Assembly: GCA_002245135.1 (NCBI GenBank)
Contig: NGBS01000297.1
Span: 1 to 64,000, forward strand
DNA: 64,000 nt
Direction of reading: 5' to 3'
DNA from: Proteromonas lacertae
Lineage: Eukaryota
Shown in pieces: positions 40,601-53,018 of this stretch. The notes beneath the pieces were generated by a model. It was given only the letters and a program-made list of their open reading frames with translations. It was not told the DNA's origin and searched no databases. The translations under genes and the position numbers were made by a program. Positions within the stretch are counted from its first letter, which is position 1, and the number at the start of each line of letters is the position of its first letter.

Positions 40601-42944
40601 TCCTGATTTATTAGTATTTGATAATAAAACAGGAACAATCACTGGTAATTCAATGTATAACAATCCAGATGGTTTAACATTTACAGTAACATGTACAAAT
40701 AAAGCAGGATCTGGAACAACTCAATTAACAATCAAAACAGAACCGTGTCCAGAAGGATCATTCCCTGCTCAAATTGCTGCTAGTTCAACAGGTGATAATT
40801 TTAATGGTTGGTTTGCTTATGGTTACTTTTTCAGAGGATTAGAACCACCAGAGGATAAACAAGATTATATAGTTAATTGGGATTTTGGTATTTATCCATA
40901 TACAACAACAAAAAGATCATTCTGTATGTATCCAGATAATTATACTTTAAGTCTTAGTGGTGAAATGGGAGGAAATTATTGGGGCTCAAATGCTTTGACA
41001 ATTTCTTTAGCTGATGGTGAGATAATTTATAATGGTAATGAACAAAAGACACAAGTATTTGATGTTGCTTATATAAGCCCACCAAATGCAGCTTGGGAAT
41101 ATAGTCCATCAGCTAATAATAGAAATTGGTATAATAACTTCAAACCAGGTGAATGGGAATCTTATATTCCAGGAAGTTATCCAGATAGAGGTGATAGAGT
41201 TTATACAACTTATTACAGAACAACATTCACAATTCCTGATGATTTTGATATTAGAAAGATAGCTGCTTTTGAAGCTGGTTTTAAATATGATGCTGGTATT
41301 GTAGCTTATTTAAACAACAAAGAATTCTACAGAAGAAATGTTCCAGCAAATCAACAAGCTAATACTTATGCCACAGAAATATACACAGGAAGTAATATAA
41401 TGTTAAGAAGAACTGGTGCTTCAGCTGATATATTACAAAATGGTGTGAATTATATTGCTGCAGAAGTTCATAAACACAGAAATAGTGTAAATATCAATCC
41501 ATTTGCTGCTTTCTTCAATTATATAGTTGCTGATTGTAACAGAAGAAGTGTAAGAAGTATGGAAGTTACAAACAACTTTGGATCAGAATTTGTTTATCCA
41601 GATGAACCATTAACTAATTTTGTTGATGGTAATAAGAATACAAAAGGTTATGTTAGATGTGGTTGTAATGGTGTAGAAATTACATTCATGTGGCCAAATG
41701 GAAGATCAGAATTCTTCAACAAATATACTTTAACAACTGGTGATATGTTGAAGGATGGTAAATATCCAGTTAGAGCTCCATTCTCATGGGATGTATATGC
41801 AACAACAGATGGTGGTAAAACATGGAAATTATTAGATTCGCAAGATCAAATTATCTTCAGAGATCCAGATAATCTAAATGATGAAACAAACTGGCAAGCA
41901 AAACAAGTAACAAGAGAATTCTACATTTATGGTGTTTCTGAATCATTTGATGGTGTATTAATCAACTTCACAACAACTGGTATTCCTGGTTTAGCACCAT
42001 GTGAGCCAACTATGCCAGGTTATGATGGTTTAGAATTGATGGAAGTGACATTTGATGCTTGTAACAATAAATTATGTGCTCCACAAGGAGAATGGACTGC
42101 AACAGTAGCTGGAAGTGAATGTGTAAGAGAATGTCCAGAAGGTTATAGTGGTAAACAAACTAGAATGTGTAATGATTTAGGTGGAAGTCCAACATGGGGA
42201 CAAGAACCAGTATTCTCACTTGTTTGTTCATTAAAGATGATTAAAGATTTCGTTATTAGTAATGGAACTTCAACAGTATATAAAGATTTTGATGTGGCTG
42301 GATTAGTTCCAACATTTAGTGTATATGGTGCTGAATTAGAATATGCAATTACTCCATCTCTTGAAACAACAGTTCCAGGATTATCATTCAATACATCAAC
42401 TGGTGAAATAACAGGAACTCCCAAAGCAGAAATGGCTTTAACCACATTCAGAGTAACAGTTAAAAATCCAGTTTCTGATGAATTATATGGAAATATTTAC
42501 ATTCGTGTAGATACAGTTAGATGTATGACTGATGGTTCATGGCCAGCAACTGAACAAGGTAAAACAGTAACAATTCAATGTACAGGATCAACAAGAACAA
42601 TGACAAGAAGATGTACAGCTGGTATGAATCCTCATTGGGAGACTTTAGAAGATAATTGTTCAGCAGAAGAAATAGTGAGTAAGAAAACCTCAACAGCAGT
42701 TATAGTAGTTGCTTCAATAGCTGGTGTAATCTTCTTATTATTGATTGGATTCTGTGTATATGCTCGTGCTAGTTCTGCCAAGAAGAGAGCTACTAGAAGA
42801 GGAATGAGAACAGCTCAAGCACAAGCAGCTAAAGCTGCAATGGAAGCTAGAGAGAAAGCAGCAGCTGGTGGTGAACCAGCTCCAGAGAAAGCCACAGCTG
42901 CAGCTCCAAAAGAAGAGAAAGGATTAGCAGCTGAAAGTGAATAA
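37662..42944 (+). CDS. Large type I membrane protein with putative-Ig (He_PIG-like) repeats, PA14-like domains and Cys-rich modules; broken by a 28-nt duplication
   Basis: Signal MRVIALILLLAICYA (one intron); LPxGLx..TGxISGTP repeats; VRFDGIIHAPVTGTYSFRIYVDD; TM AVIVVASIAGVIFLLLIGFCVYA. Confidence 0.85.
38401..38456. repeat. Exact 28-nt tandem duplication
   Basis: aatcaccacttattatttcacagaatta occurs twice in tandem. Confidence 0.95.
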
Positions 42945-43099
42945 ATGAATTTCATTTCATTTCGATTATTCATTCTCTGATATGAACTTTGTTGTGTTTT
43001 TGGTTTTAAAAAAGAAAATCTATAATATTTGCTATGACATCTTTATATTTTATATAAAAGAAACTTTAATACAAAAACATCCATAAATATTAAATTATC

Positions 43100-43789
43100 T
43101 TAATTTTTTATATTTCTATTGTATTTCTTTCTTCTCAACTTGAATTTTTTATCTGTTTCAGATTCTTCCAAGTATTTATTTATTATTTGTTTTTGAACTA
43201 CTGAATCATAATATTTACATTTCATCATAGAACACTCTAAACATAATCGATTTAATAATCCATTCTTCTTTTCACCAAAACATTTCACAGATTTTCTCTT
43301 TTTACAAGTTGAGCATCTAATCATTTTATCTGGTTGAGGGGTTTGAATGATATTTTTAGGTAAATTGATTTTGGGTAGGATTTTTCTTTCTTTTGGACGA
43401 TGTATAGGAAAAAAGGAATTATGCAGTGATAGCAATGCATTTATAACATCTTCATCACTTTGCACATGATTTGTAACGACATTATTTGCGTACATTGGGT
43501 TATGTGACTTTGAAATGCCATTATTCGATGTTCTAATATTAATTGGATTTTTGTGGACTGAAAAAACAATCTGCGGTTGAGTGATTGACAATCTAGCAGA
43601 TGAACAACCAGGAATGTCTTTAGATGAATTATACTGTGTGTTTATTTCATTTACTGGAAGTTCTTTGTCTTTACATACATAGCTCACTTCACTGTTAAAT
43701 TTAGGTGAAGTAAATGTGTTTTGTAATACACAAGATACATTATGAATATCACTAGAAGGTCCTTTGTGTTCTTCTAGAATTATATTCAT
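43100..43789 (-). CDS. Hypothetical protein with C-terminal CxxC..CxxC motif
   Basis: Intronless 229-aa ORF; CSTC..CF..CLEC with basic tail. Confidence 0.55.
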   Translation of the reverse strand: MNIILEEHKGPSSDIHNVSCVLQNTFTSPKFNSEVSYVCKDKELPVNEINTQYNSSKDIPGCSSARLSITQPQIVFSVHKNPINIRTSNNGISKSHNPMYANNVVTNHVQSDEDVINALLSLHNSFFPIHRPKERKILPKINLPKNIIQTPQPDKMIRCSTCKKRKSVKCFGEKKNGLLNRLCLECSMMKCKYYDSVVQKQIINKYLEESETDKKFKLRRKKYNRNIKN

Positions 43790-43933
43790 GAAGATTGGAA
43801 TGCAGAGATTCTATAGGATGTTTTTATCATCAAATAGTTTTTAAACAAAATGTTTGAGGAATCAAGCTTGAATGGTTTTGATTCAACATAAAATCAAGAC
43901 AATTGTCACAAAATAAGAAAATAAAAACTACTT

Positions 43934-45365
43934 TTAAGCTAAATGGCTTAATAATGTGCTATTTTCTGGCAAATATTCAGGATGATCTGTTATAATCTGT
44001 TTAATATCTGTAAACTTTAATTTCACCAAACATGAAGAACTTGCAGCTATATTTGACGCAATTGCTATAATCTTTTTCACAATATCAATTTTCATTGAAG
44101 GAATTAATGCTATAATTGTTTTAATGAATGGTTTATTAGCATAAATATCATAATTATCATACAACTTCAATGACAATTCAATATAATCAATCAACAACAG
44201 TTGAATATGTAGTTTTACATTTGGAAATAATTCAATCACTTCATTGGTTATGTTATTCAACACATCAGTATGTTCTATTTTTTCACCTTTTCTATCTTCC
44301 ACAACTAAGCTAATCATCGAATTAAGACACTCAATTGTATTTACTAAAACTTCATTTTTTGGTGATTTCAATAATTCTATTATATACTCTTTAAATTCTT
44401 CATTATCTTTAATCATTTTCAAATATTCTTCATTCTTACTCTTTAATAACATCGGAACTAATTGAATAGCTGATAGTAATAACATATTAGATGATTTCTT
44501 TGGATTTAATAAACTAATTAATAATAAAATGAACTTATTATCAGATATATTCATTAAATCAACAATAAAGTCTCGATTTTCAGATAATATTTCATATAAC
44601 AATGTTAAATCAGTTATTAATACATCTTCTTTCTTTTGATCTGTTTGTGGTTTATTCTCATCATCAGTATTATTGATATTATTATTCATAATTGCTAGTA
44701 AAGTATTCGTATTAATTATAAAATTCTTTACTATAAATGGTAAAAATGATTTTATCAAAGATCTTGGCATTTTATCAGATACATTACTTAATAACCATAA
44801 ACTATTGAATGATATTTCTTCATCATTACTTAATTTATCATTATTTATTACTTTTATTAAATTTTCAAACATTTTTGAATTGATAATAAATTCTATTGGT
44901 GGATTTTCATCTAATGTTAATAGAGATCCGATATTCCATATTGATTGTTCTACTACACGTTTATCATTATCTAAGAATAAGTTTATGAATAGCTCAATTT
45001 CTTTATTACTTATTATTTCAGTGTGTTAAATAAAATTAAGAAAAGTTGGTTGACAATAGAAGAAAGTAAAAAAGATATCTCAATAACACCTAGTGATATA
45101 CATTTTCCAAGTAGGTAAACACAATAATATTTCATATCAGCGTCAGAATCTGATAAGTGACTTACAAGAATTGGAAATATTCCATTTCCATTAATATCAT
45201 CAATTGGAATTGCTGTTTCATTTTTCTGAGATAGAAGCTTCAAAAATAAAAGACCTCTTTTGCAATTTTGAGGTTCTGGGTCTTTAACAAGCTTCATTGC
45301 TTGATCCATCTAACAATAAATCGAATGGTTAATACCTTTTCTTTAGTAAATACAAGGCCGTCCAT
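43934..45365 (-). CDS. ARM/HEAT-repeat protein (divergent importin-alpha-like)
   Basis: GIFPILVSHL, RVVEQSIWNIGSL, NSLWLLSNVS; one GT-AG and one AT-initiated intron. Confidence 0.65.
45026..45078 (-). other. U12-like AT-AA intron, 53 nt (an AT-AC end 3 nt further is also in frame)
   Basis: GAG|ATATCTTTTT...TTTTCTTAATTTTATTTAA|CAC joins two ORFs in frame. Confidence 0.7.
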
Positions 45366-45482
45366 TAAAAAGCAAAAATTGAAAATGAAAGCTTGATGTT
45401 AGGCTTGATTTTTAATTTTAATTTTTCATTTTTTTTTTCACAATAAGCAAAACATTATAATAAAAATATAAGTATATTTACA

Positions 45483-47994
45483 TTAATATGTTCCAACCTT
45501 AAACTCAGGTCTAAATGGAGAGGCATGTTCTTTACCAGCAGTTAAGAAATCAACTGTCTTCTTTCTATACAGTACAGATGATTGATTCATATTCTTAGGA
45601 ACAGATGTTTTTCTTCTTCTAGCTACAGTTGACTTTGACAATTTCGATTCATTTTCATTCTCAGTCTTAGTGACAGTATCTTTAACAGTCTTTGTAGTAG
45701 TTGTTTCTTCTTCATCTGTAATAGTAATAGTCTCTCTCATAGACTTCTTATACTTCCTAGATCTCAATCTATTTGGAGCTTCATAATCTTCCAACTCTTT
45801 CATGTTATTCTCATTATTCTCTTTCACATCTTCAATAATAACTTTCTTCTTCTTCTCCTTCTTTGGTTTGACTTTTCTTCTAGTCTCTACAGGTTCAGGA
45901 ATAACCACAACTTTAAGTTCTTCTGGTAATACAATTGTAGTAGGATGTTTTGGTCGTTTTCTTTCAATATCATAATTCGTAATTTGATCTAAAACAGGAC
46001 ATAATTCACTGTATTGACGGTGTTTAGTTAAGAATGGATGTTCCAATACTTGCTCAATCATTATTCTTTCATTAATATCGACGGTTAAACACTTTTTGAT
46101 GAAATCTTTTGCTTCATCACTTACATAAATCCATTGTTTTCCTCTCCAATCAAATTTACCTTTTATTAAATCGTTATAATTTCTAAATGGAGTTTTACCA
46201 CAGAATAATGTATAAGTAACAACGCCAATACTCCAAATATCAGCTGTTCTATTGATATTCTTCTTTTTTAATAACACCTCTGGAGCTAAACAATCGCAAT
46301 ACAAATAAGGATGTTCGATGTTTTCATAAACTGATCTTAATGTACCAATATCACTGATTTGAACTGTTGGATCTTTTGTCATATAATTTTCTATTAAAAC
46401 ATTTGATGGTTTTAAATTATAGAAGTTAGTGACATGATCATGTAGATATTGTATTGCTTCACAGATATGTTCAACTATATATTTGATTTTATATTCACTA
46501 TAATATTCTTTAGTAGCTAAACAATCAATACAATCACCTTCATGTAATAATGGATAAACAATGTAATAGAAATCACGATCTTCAACAAATTCAATCACTT
46601 TAGTTATATAAGGATGATCAAATTTCTGTTGTAACATAATTCTTTCTTTTAAACTTTCAGGATATCTTATCTTTGTTTTTGGTATTAATTTAATAGCAAC
46701 TTCTTCGTTTGTTTTTATATTTGTTCCACTGTATACTTCACCAATATGACCTTTTCCTAATCTTTTACCAAATAAATATCTTTGTCTCATATCAACATAT
46801 CCTAACTCTTTCTTAGTAAATTCATTTTTATGAATCACTAATTTAGTTACATTGATAAATGATTGCCATTTCTTTCTTGTTACATTATATATCTTAAATT
46901 GATTCAAATTATCAGATACTGTATCAATATTCTGCGGTTGTACTATAAAATCATGACTTAAACATTTCTCAGGTGTCATTCTTTCTACTGGATCAGTCTC
47001 TAATAAACGATTAACAAACTCTTTCGCATTAGTTGAAAGGGTGTCCCAATATTTTGGTGGAAATGAAAATTCCCCATTTACTATTTTTCTGAATATTCCA
47101 TATGGATTACCGTCTAATGTATTAAATGGAGTTGTACCACTGAGTAATATATAACTAATAATACCTAAACTCCACATATCAATCTGAGTATCATAGATGT
47201 TATGATCTACATTGTTGTTGTTGTCTTTATTATTGTGACTGTTTGTACTAGTGATAGAGGATGAATTAGATGTTATTATTTCTGGTGCTAAGTATTCAGT
47301 ATTACCACATCAGTGTGGATATATTATTACGATTGGAAACTAATGAGATAGAATATCCATAATCACTGATTTTTATTACACTATCGCTAGTATAGTCTTT
47401 TAGTAATAGATTCTCTGGTTTAATGTCACCATGAATAATACCTCGTTGATGACAGTAATTAAGTGCATTGAGGATGGTTTTGAGTATTTTTCTTACATCT
47501 TCTTGACTGAAGAAGTTTTTATTGCTGATTCTATCGAATAGTTCGCCTCCTTCCATTAGTTCATTTAACGATATAAATTCTCTTTTTATCTTCAAAGTAT
47601 TCATAACATTTGACTATATTTGGATGATCAATCTATATTAATTAATTAACATAATAATAATAATAGATATACAGCAATTGCCAAATTTAAGTTACTTCTA
47701 AATGTGTCTAAATCATCAACTGTTCTTTTGTCTATTACTTTAACAGCGTATTTCTCACCAGTAGATTTAGCAACTGCTTCAATAACATTGGCTCGAGGTC
47801 CTTTACCAATAATCTTCGTTGGTAGGTATTTAGCCATAAATTCATTATCTGTTTTGTATCTACAAAAATTAGAATTATTTAAATGTATACTCTACTAAAG
47901 AAGTTGATCTTGCTGTTCCTTGAGATCTATTTGAGTAAAGAATAATATCATACGAAGCATCTGACTCTTCTTCTCTAGAATTGTTTGATCCCAT
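45483..47994 (-). CDS. Tandem CAMK-type kinase, second domain degenerate; two apparent frameshifts
   Basis: MGSNNS; domain 1 AVK/HGDIKPEN/DYG/APE/DMWSLG; domain 2 GKGHIG/AIK/FYNLKPSN/DIG/APE. Confidence 0.85.
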
Positions 47995-48131
47995 AATTTT
48001 AAAGGCTCTTTATCACTCAAAATAAAAAAAAATAAAAATCTAAAAAAATGGTTTATGAAAAATTATTCCGTTGGGTGTGAAAAAAGGTTTTGGGTAATTT
48101 TGACTGTAATTCTTACTTCTTCTTTTTTCGA

Positions 48132-48644
48132 ATGACTATAGAATTATTCAATCAATTAGATCGTATTTTTGAAAATAGAGTACAAATGTACAAGGAATGG
48201 GAAGAGTAAAATTTCTAATACTACTTCTTAGCCATTTTACAGAAATAATGAGAACTGAAGATTTTAAAACGTTTAATGAACAATGTGAAAAAGTGAAAGC
48301 ATTATTTAATGAGATTAATCAGAAAGTAAGAACAATTCAAGAACAATTTAGAGATGCAGGTATGTCTGATGTTTGTTTTTACATCGATGAAATTCAGAAA
48401 TCAGAAAAAATGAAATTAGAAAATGTATTATTTATATTATTCAATGTAGACAATACAATTACAGGTTTTGAGAGAAAAACACAATGTTTTTGTTCAGAGT
48501 ATAATTGAAATAATTTATTAAATAGCTCATGAAGGTGTTGATTATACAGAAGAAATTAATAAACTTAAGAATAAGGAAATGAACATAATTAATGAAATCA
48601 ATGAAAATATTGATAATATCCATTGTGAAAAAGCTGAACTATAA
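48132..48644 (+). CDS. REX1-B domain protein (C19orf60-like)
   Basis: ENRVQMYKEWE..FNEINQKV..IQKSEKMKLEN|TIQLQV..INEINENIDNI; three introns. Confidence 0.6.
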
Positions 48645-48948
48645 TATTTATCCATTTTTTATTATATAAATCTGTTTTTATGATTTTGATGTTTGAATAT
48701 CATAAATAATATTCCTCTTAAAGCAATATTTAAATCAAATTTAACATAGTAATAATTTTTATGCTGTATATATTCACTAATATAATGAATTAAAACAAAA
48801 CAAACATATTTTGATCAAGCTCAAACTTTTGTTGAGGCTTAAATAGAATTAAGAATCTATTTAACTTACAGCCGATAACTGAATTTTGATAATAAAGGAA
48901 TCATTTCATAACTAGTGGTAACATTCTAGTCATTTTGAATATAACAAA

Positions 48949-49661
48949 ATGGTCAAGTTAGGACAATTAAGAAATTGTATAAATATAAATCTACAATATA
49001 TGTGCTTTTATCTATATATTTAACTTATAAAATATTCAATCAATTAACAATTTGGCTTAATCTAACTATATAAATTCCAAAATAATTATTCTAATAAATT
49101 TAAATAGATCGTCGTACTTACAAGACACCACGTCGTCCATACGAAAAAGAAAGATTAGATCAAGAACTTAGACTCTGTGGTGAATATGGTTTAAGATGTA
49201 AAAGAGAAATTTGGAGAGTTCAACTTGTATTAGCTAAAATCAGAAAGGTAGCAAGAGAACTTTTAACTCTTGAAGAAAATGATACCAGAAGATTATTCGA
49301 AGGTTCAACTTTAATCAGAAGATTGACACGTCTCGGTTTATTAGCTGATGATGAAAGAAAGTTGGATTATGTTTTGCAATTATCAACCCAAAGATTATTA
49401 GACAGAAGATTACAAACTAAAGTATTCAGATCTGGTTTAGCTAAATCCATCCATCATGCTCGTGTTTTAATCAGACAAAGACACATCGCTGTAGGAAAGA
49501 ATATGGTTGATATTCCATCATTTATGGTGAAATTAGATTCAGAAAAACACATTAACTTCCAACCAAAATCACCATTCGGTTCATCTGGTAAACATGGTCG
49601 TGTATATGTACACAACATGAAAACAAAAGCCAACCAAAAGAAAGAAGGAGGTGATGAATAA
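48949..49661 (+). CDS. RPS9: 40S ribosomal protein S9 (uS4)
   Basis: [60 protein letters not shown]; intron 48977-49107. Confidence 0.97.
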
Positions 49662-49826
49662 GTAACTCGATAAATAAAAAATAGTGAAAGAGTAATGTTA
49701 CCACATACATTTTGAATTTTTTGTTATTTTGGTGATATAATAAATAGAATAAAACAAAAAAACAAAGAATAATGTGAAATAAGTTTGATTACTGTTTGTT
49801 ATCGTTTTATTGTTTTGATTTTGAAA

Positions 49827-50666
49827 ATGTCTTTACCAAGCGATTATCCAATAGAGGGTGATGGAATATCTGAAAATTTGTTTTATTTTTTATGGAGTAA
49901 AGATGATATGGAAAAGTATATATTTTTCTTTTATAAATTAGAGGACCAATGCTTCATATTCCTGAAACTGTTATATTCAGAATGAAACAAGTATCATTAT
50001 TATTGTAATAATACCATTAGCCAATTGCTTGGTACTTCACTAGTGTCAATGGACAAATCAAGCGAAAAAATAGGAATAATTTAACTGTTACAAAAATAGA
50101 AGAAATATTTTGTAGAAAGAAACTATCATCTGACATAGTAGCATGTTTCATTGAAACAAATCCAGAACAGACAGGTGGAACTGCTGTATTCAATTATTAT
50201 AATATGGACACATTTTGTATATATTTAATTTTGTAATAATATTGTAGTGAAATGGTTGCAATCAGATGATAAGAAAGATGGAATACTTCAACAGTTTATA
50301 GAACCATGTGGTAATTATAATAGTATTGTCTATCACCTATATATTAATTAGATGTAATAAAATGCCAGTGGTCTCCCAAAATGTGTTTAATTGAAAGAAG
50401 ACAAGCTCTCTATCCTTTAACTGATAATAGATACAATATATATGAACGTACAGTAACTTATGAAGGTAATCCACATAACAGTAAACTATTACCAGTAAAA
50501 GGATCGTTATTACCTTCATTATTACAACAAATATGTAATAATATAGTCAATCATATAACTGAAACTTCTTATAATAAATATAACATATCTACTTTTACAG
50601 CTCATTTTAAAGTTGATTCTAAAGATCGATTATGGTTTTTATATTCAACATCTATTAATCTAACTG

Positions 50667-50704
<38 letters not shown>

Positions 50705-52589
50705 AATGAATAGTAATAATTATTTAGGAAGTAAAACTAGAAATATTCAATCAGCTACAACCTTTGGATCTATTTATTCACCCAAGCCAAGTTCATCAAT
50801 GAAGAAAACCAAATCAACACAACAATTATTCGCTCAAGATCAGAGTCAATCGCAATTGAGATTAAATAGTCAAGAATCTCAACAACAATCACAATTACAG
50901 AGAATTCCTCCACAAAAATCAGCAGTTTTAACAATACCAAAATCAGTCAATTTAAAAGGTAGTAATCCATATTATAAAGCTACTAATTTAGAAAGATCTT
51001 ATCAATGTCCAACTTGTGGTGATTTTGTAGAAGAATCATGTGTTCATCCAGTGTTATATAAATTAATAATAAAATATCATGGTGTATTAACTAAACAAAT
51101 GAATAAAACATATGGTAAAGTTGAATATCCAATCAGTGATGAGATTAAAGAGACTGTTGGTAAAATAGGATTGTTTGAAATCCCAAGAGATAAAGATGAT
51201 CAACCCCCCGAAAATTTTGATAAAATCCCACCCCCAATTAGATTTATCCATCCAAAATTATCTTATAATAATTATGTAAAATATTGTAAAGATCCTCTTT
51301 TCTTATTTAAATCTGTAGGTATTTGTGAAGAATGTTTTCTGAAATATGCTGAATATAGTGATGGTTCAATGCCAAAACCAGAACCTTCTCCATCTATATA
51401 TTCTGATTCACAACTAAGTAAAGAAGAATTAAAAGCTATTAGAGAAAGAAGATTAGAATCATTAAAGGATAAATCATTATGGTCACCTTTATTTAGTCAA
51501 GAAACTAATTCCAACACTCAAACTAAAAGTAAATATTCTGGTCCAACTACTGAATTTGGTAAAATGGCTACTAAAAGACCAACTATTCCACCATCTAACA
51601 CTGATTATATTACCAATACTCACTATCAAAGTAGTAGTAATTTAAACACTGCTAATTCTAATAATAGATATAATACAGCATCTACAGCAGGCAGTTCATC
51701 TTATTATGAACCTAGTACAGCTGGTACTTATTCATCCACAGCTAATGGTGGTAAAAGATCTTGTTCATTACCTTCAATACCATCTGCCACACCAGGAACA
51801 GCTAATAATAATAATAATAATAATAAGAGTAAATATGTATATAAAGGTGGAAGAGTTGATTCACCGATGGTATTTGGCGAAGATGAAGATGAGAGTGAAA
51901 GTGATGAAGAAAAACAGTTTGAACAGTATTATAGTACTTACTTAGAACCTCCACGACAAAAACAAGAGAAGTTCTACAGAGATTTATATGCCAATCCAAA
52001 CTTAAGAGAAGGTCATCCACTTACAGCAATTGCTACAGAAGAAGTAATAAGAGCACAAATGACGGATGGTGTATTAGATCCTTATCAGAAACCAGGTGAG
52101 CATTTGTCACCCACTGAATATGGTGAAAGAAGAACGGAAATGCTGAGACAAAAATTACCCAAACCATTATTAGCACCACAAGTATTGAATGATTCTGAAG
52201 AAAAGATAATTAGGAAGAAAGAACAAAGAAGAGAGAGATTGGAAGGTAAGACTAGTAGTACTAAGAAGAAGGGTAATACTAAAAGATCAAGATCTCCCAT
52301 TGAAGAAGATAAATATTTGAATGTTCAACATTATTTGGAAATGCCTAATACTCCAGAACCAAGACCGTATTATTATTATTGATTATTGTATATAATTTAT
52401 AGAAAGAAAAATAAGAAGTCTACAACAAGACAACAACAACAAGAACAAGATACTCGAGATAGTGGTGATGATGGAGATTATGAAAGTGGTGAGAATTATG
52501 AGCAATACAATGAACCATATGATGAGCGATATGATGAAGAGTATGATGAAAGACCAGAGTCTGGAGTTGTTAATTCTGATTTGGAGTAG
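49827..52589 (+). CDS. Hypothetical protein with globular N-terminus, CPTC motif and low-complexity C-terminus
   Basis: Spliced IPETVIF..AWYFTS..GILQQFIEP..WSPKMCLIERR..ERTVTYEG; +1 error near 50668. Confidence 0.65.
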
Positions 52590-52797
52590 TTTATGTTATT
52601 TCTATCTAATCATATATATTTTTTATAAATATTGAAAATTGTTTTTGGTGATTATTCACTCCATAAACACTCTTTTTTGAAAATGTGGAATTTCTCTGTA
52701 CAACTAGCACATAATGCACTGTAAATGATATGAACAACCTAAAAACCAATAGAAACAATATAAATAATAAGGCAATTAAAAAAATATCTGAGAATAC

Positions 52798-52917
52798 TTA
52801 ATCTTTGGCATCTTTTTCGTTTGACGTTACATAAAAGTACGCTACGATAAGCAAAAATATGGCGACTGATAATAACCTTACAAAATTCATTAAATCGACG
52901 TCTAGATCCTCTTTCAT
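52798..52917 (-). CDS. OST4: Oligosaccharyltransferase subunit OST4 (39 aa)
   Basis: MKEDLDVDLMNFVRLLSVAIFLLIVAYFYVTSNEKDAKD fits the OST4 pattern; too short for the ORF track. Confidence 0.7.
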   Translation of the reverse strand: MKEDLDVDLMNFVRLLSVAIFLLIVAYFYVTSNEKDAKD

Positions 52918-53018
52918 CTTGAAAATTAAAAAATGGATTAATGTGTATTACAACAAATACATTGTATTTTCAAAATAGATTTGATTTTCTTTATCTTTTG
53001 AGTTTTTATCTATCAGCA

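Noticed and set aside
47316..47322. ATATCC in the kinase gene (and ATATCCTT near 24763 in DCAF7) as further U12 donors
   Set aside because: Both lie in required coding sequence with no removable segment, branch point or acceptor
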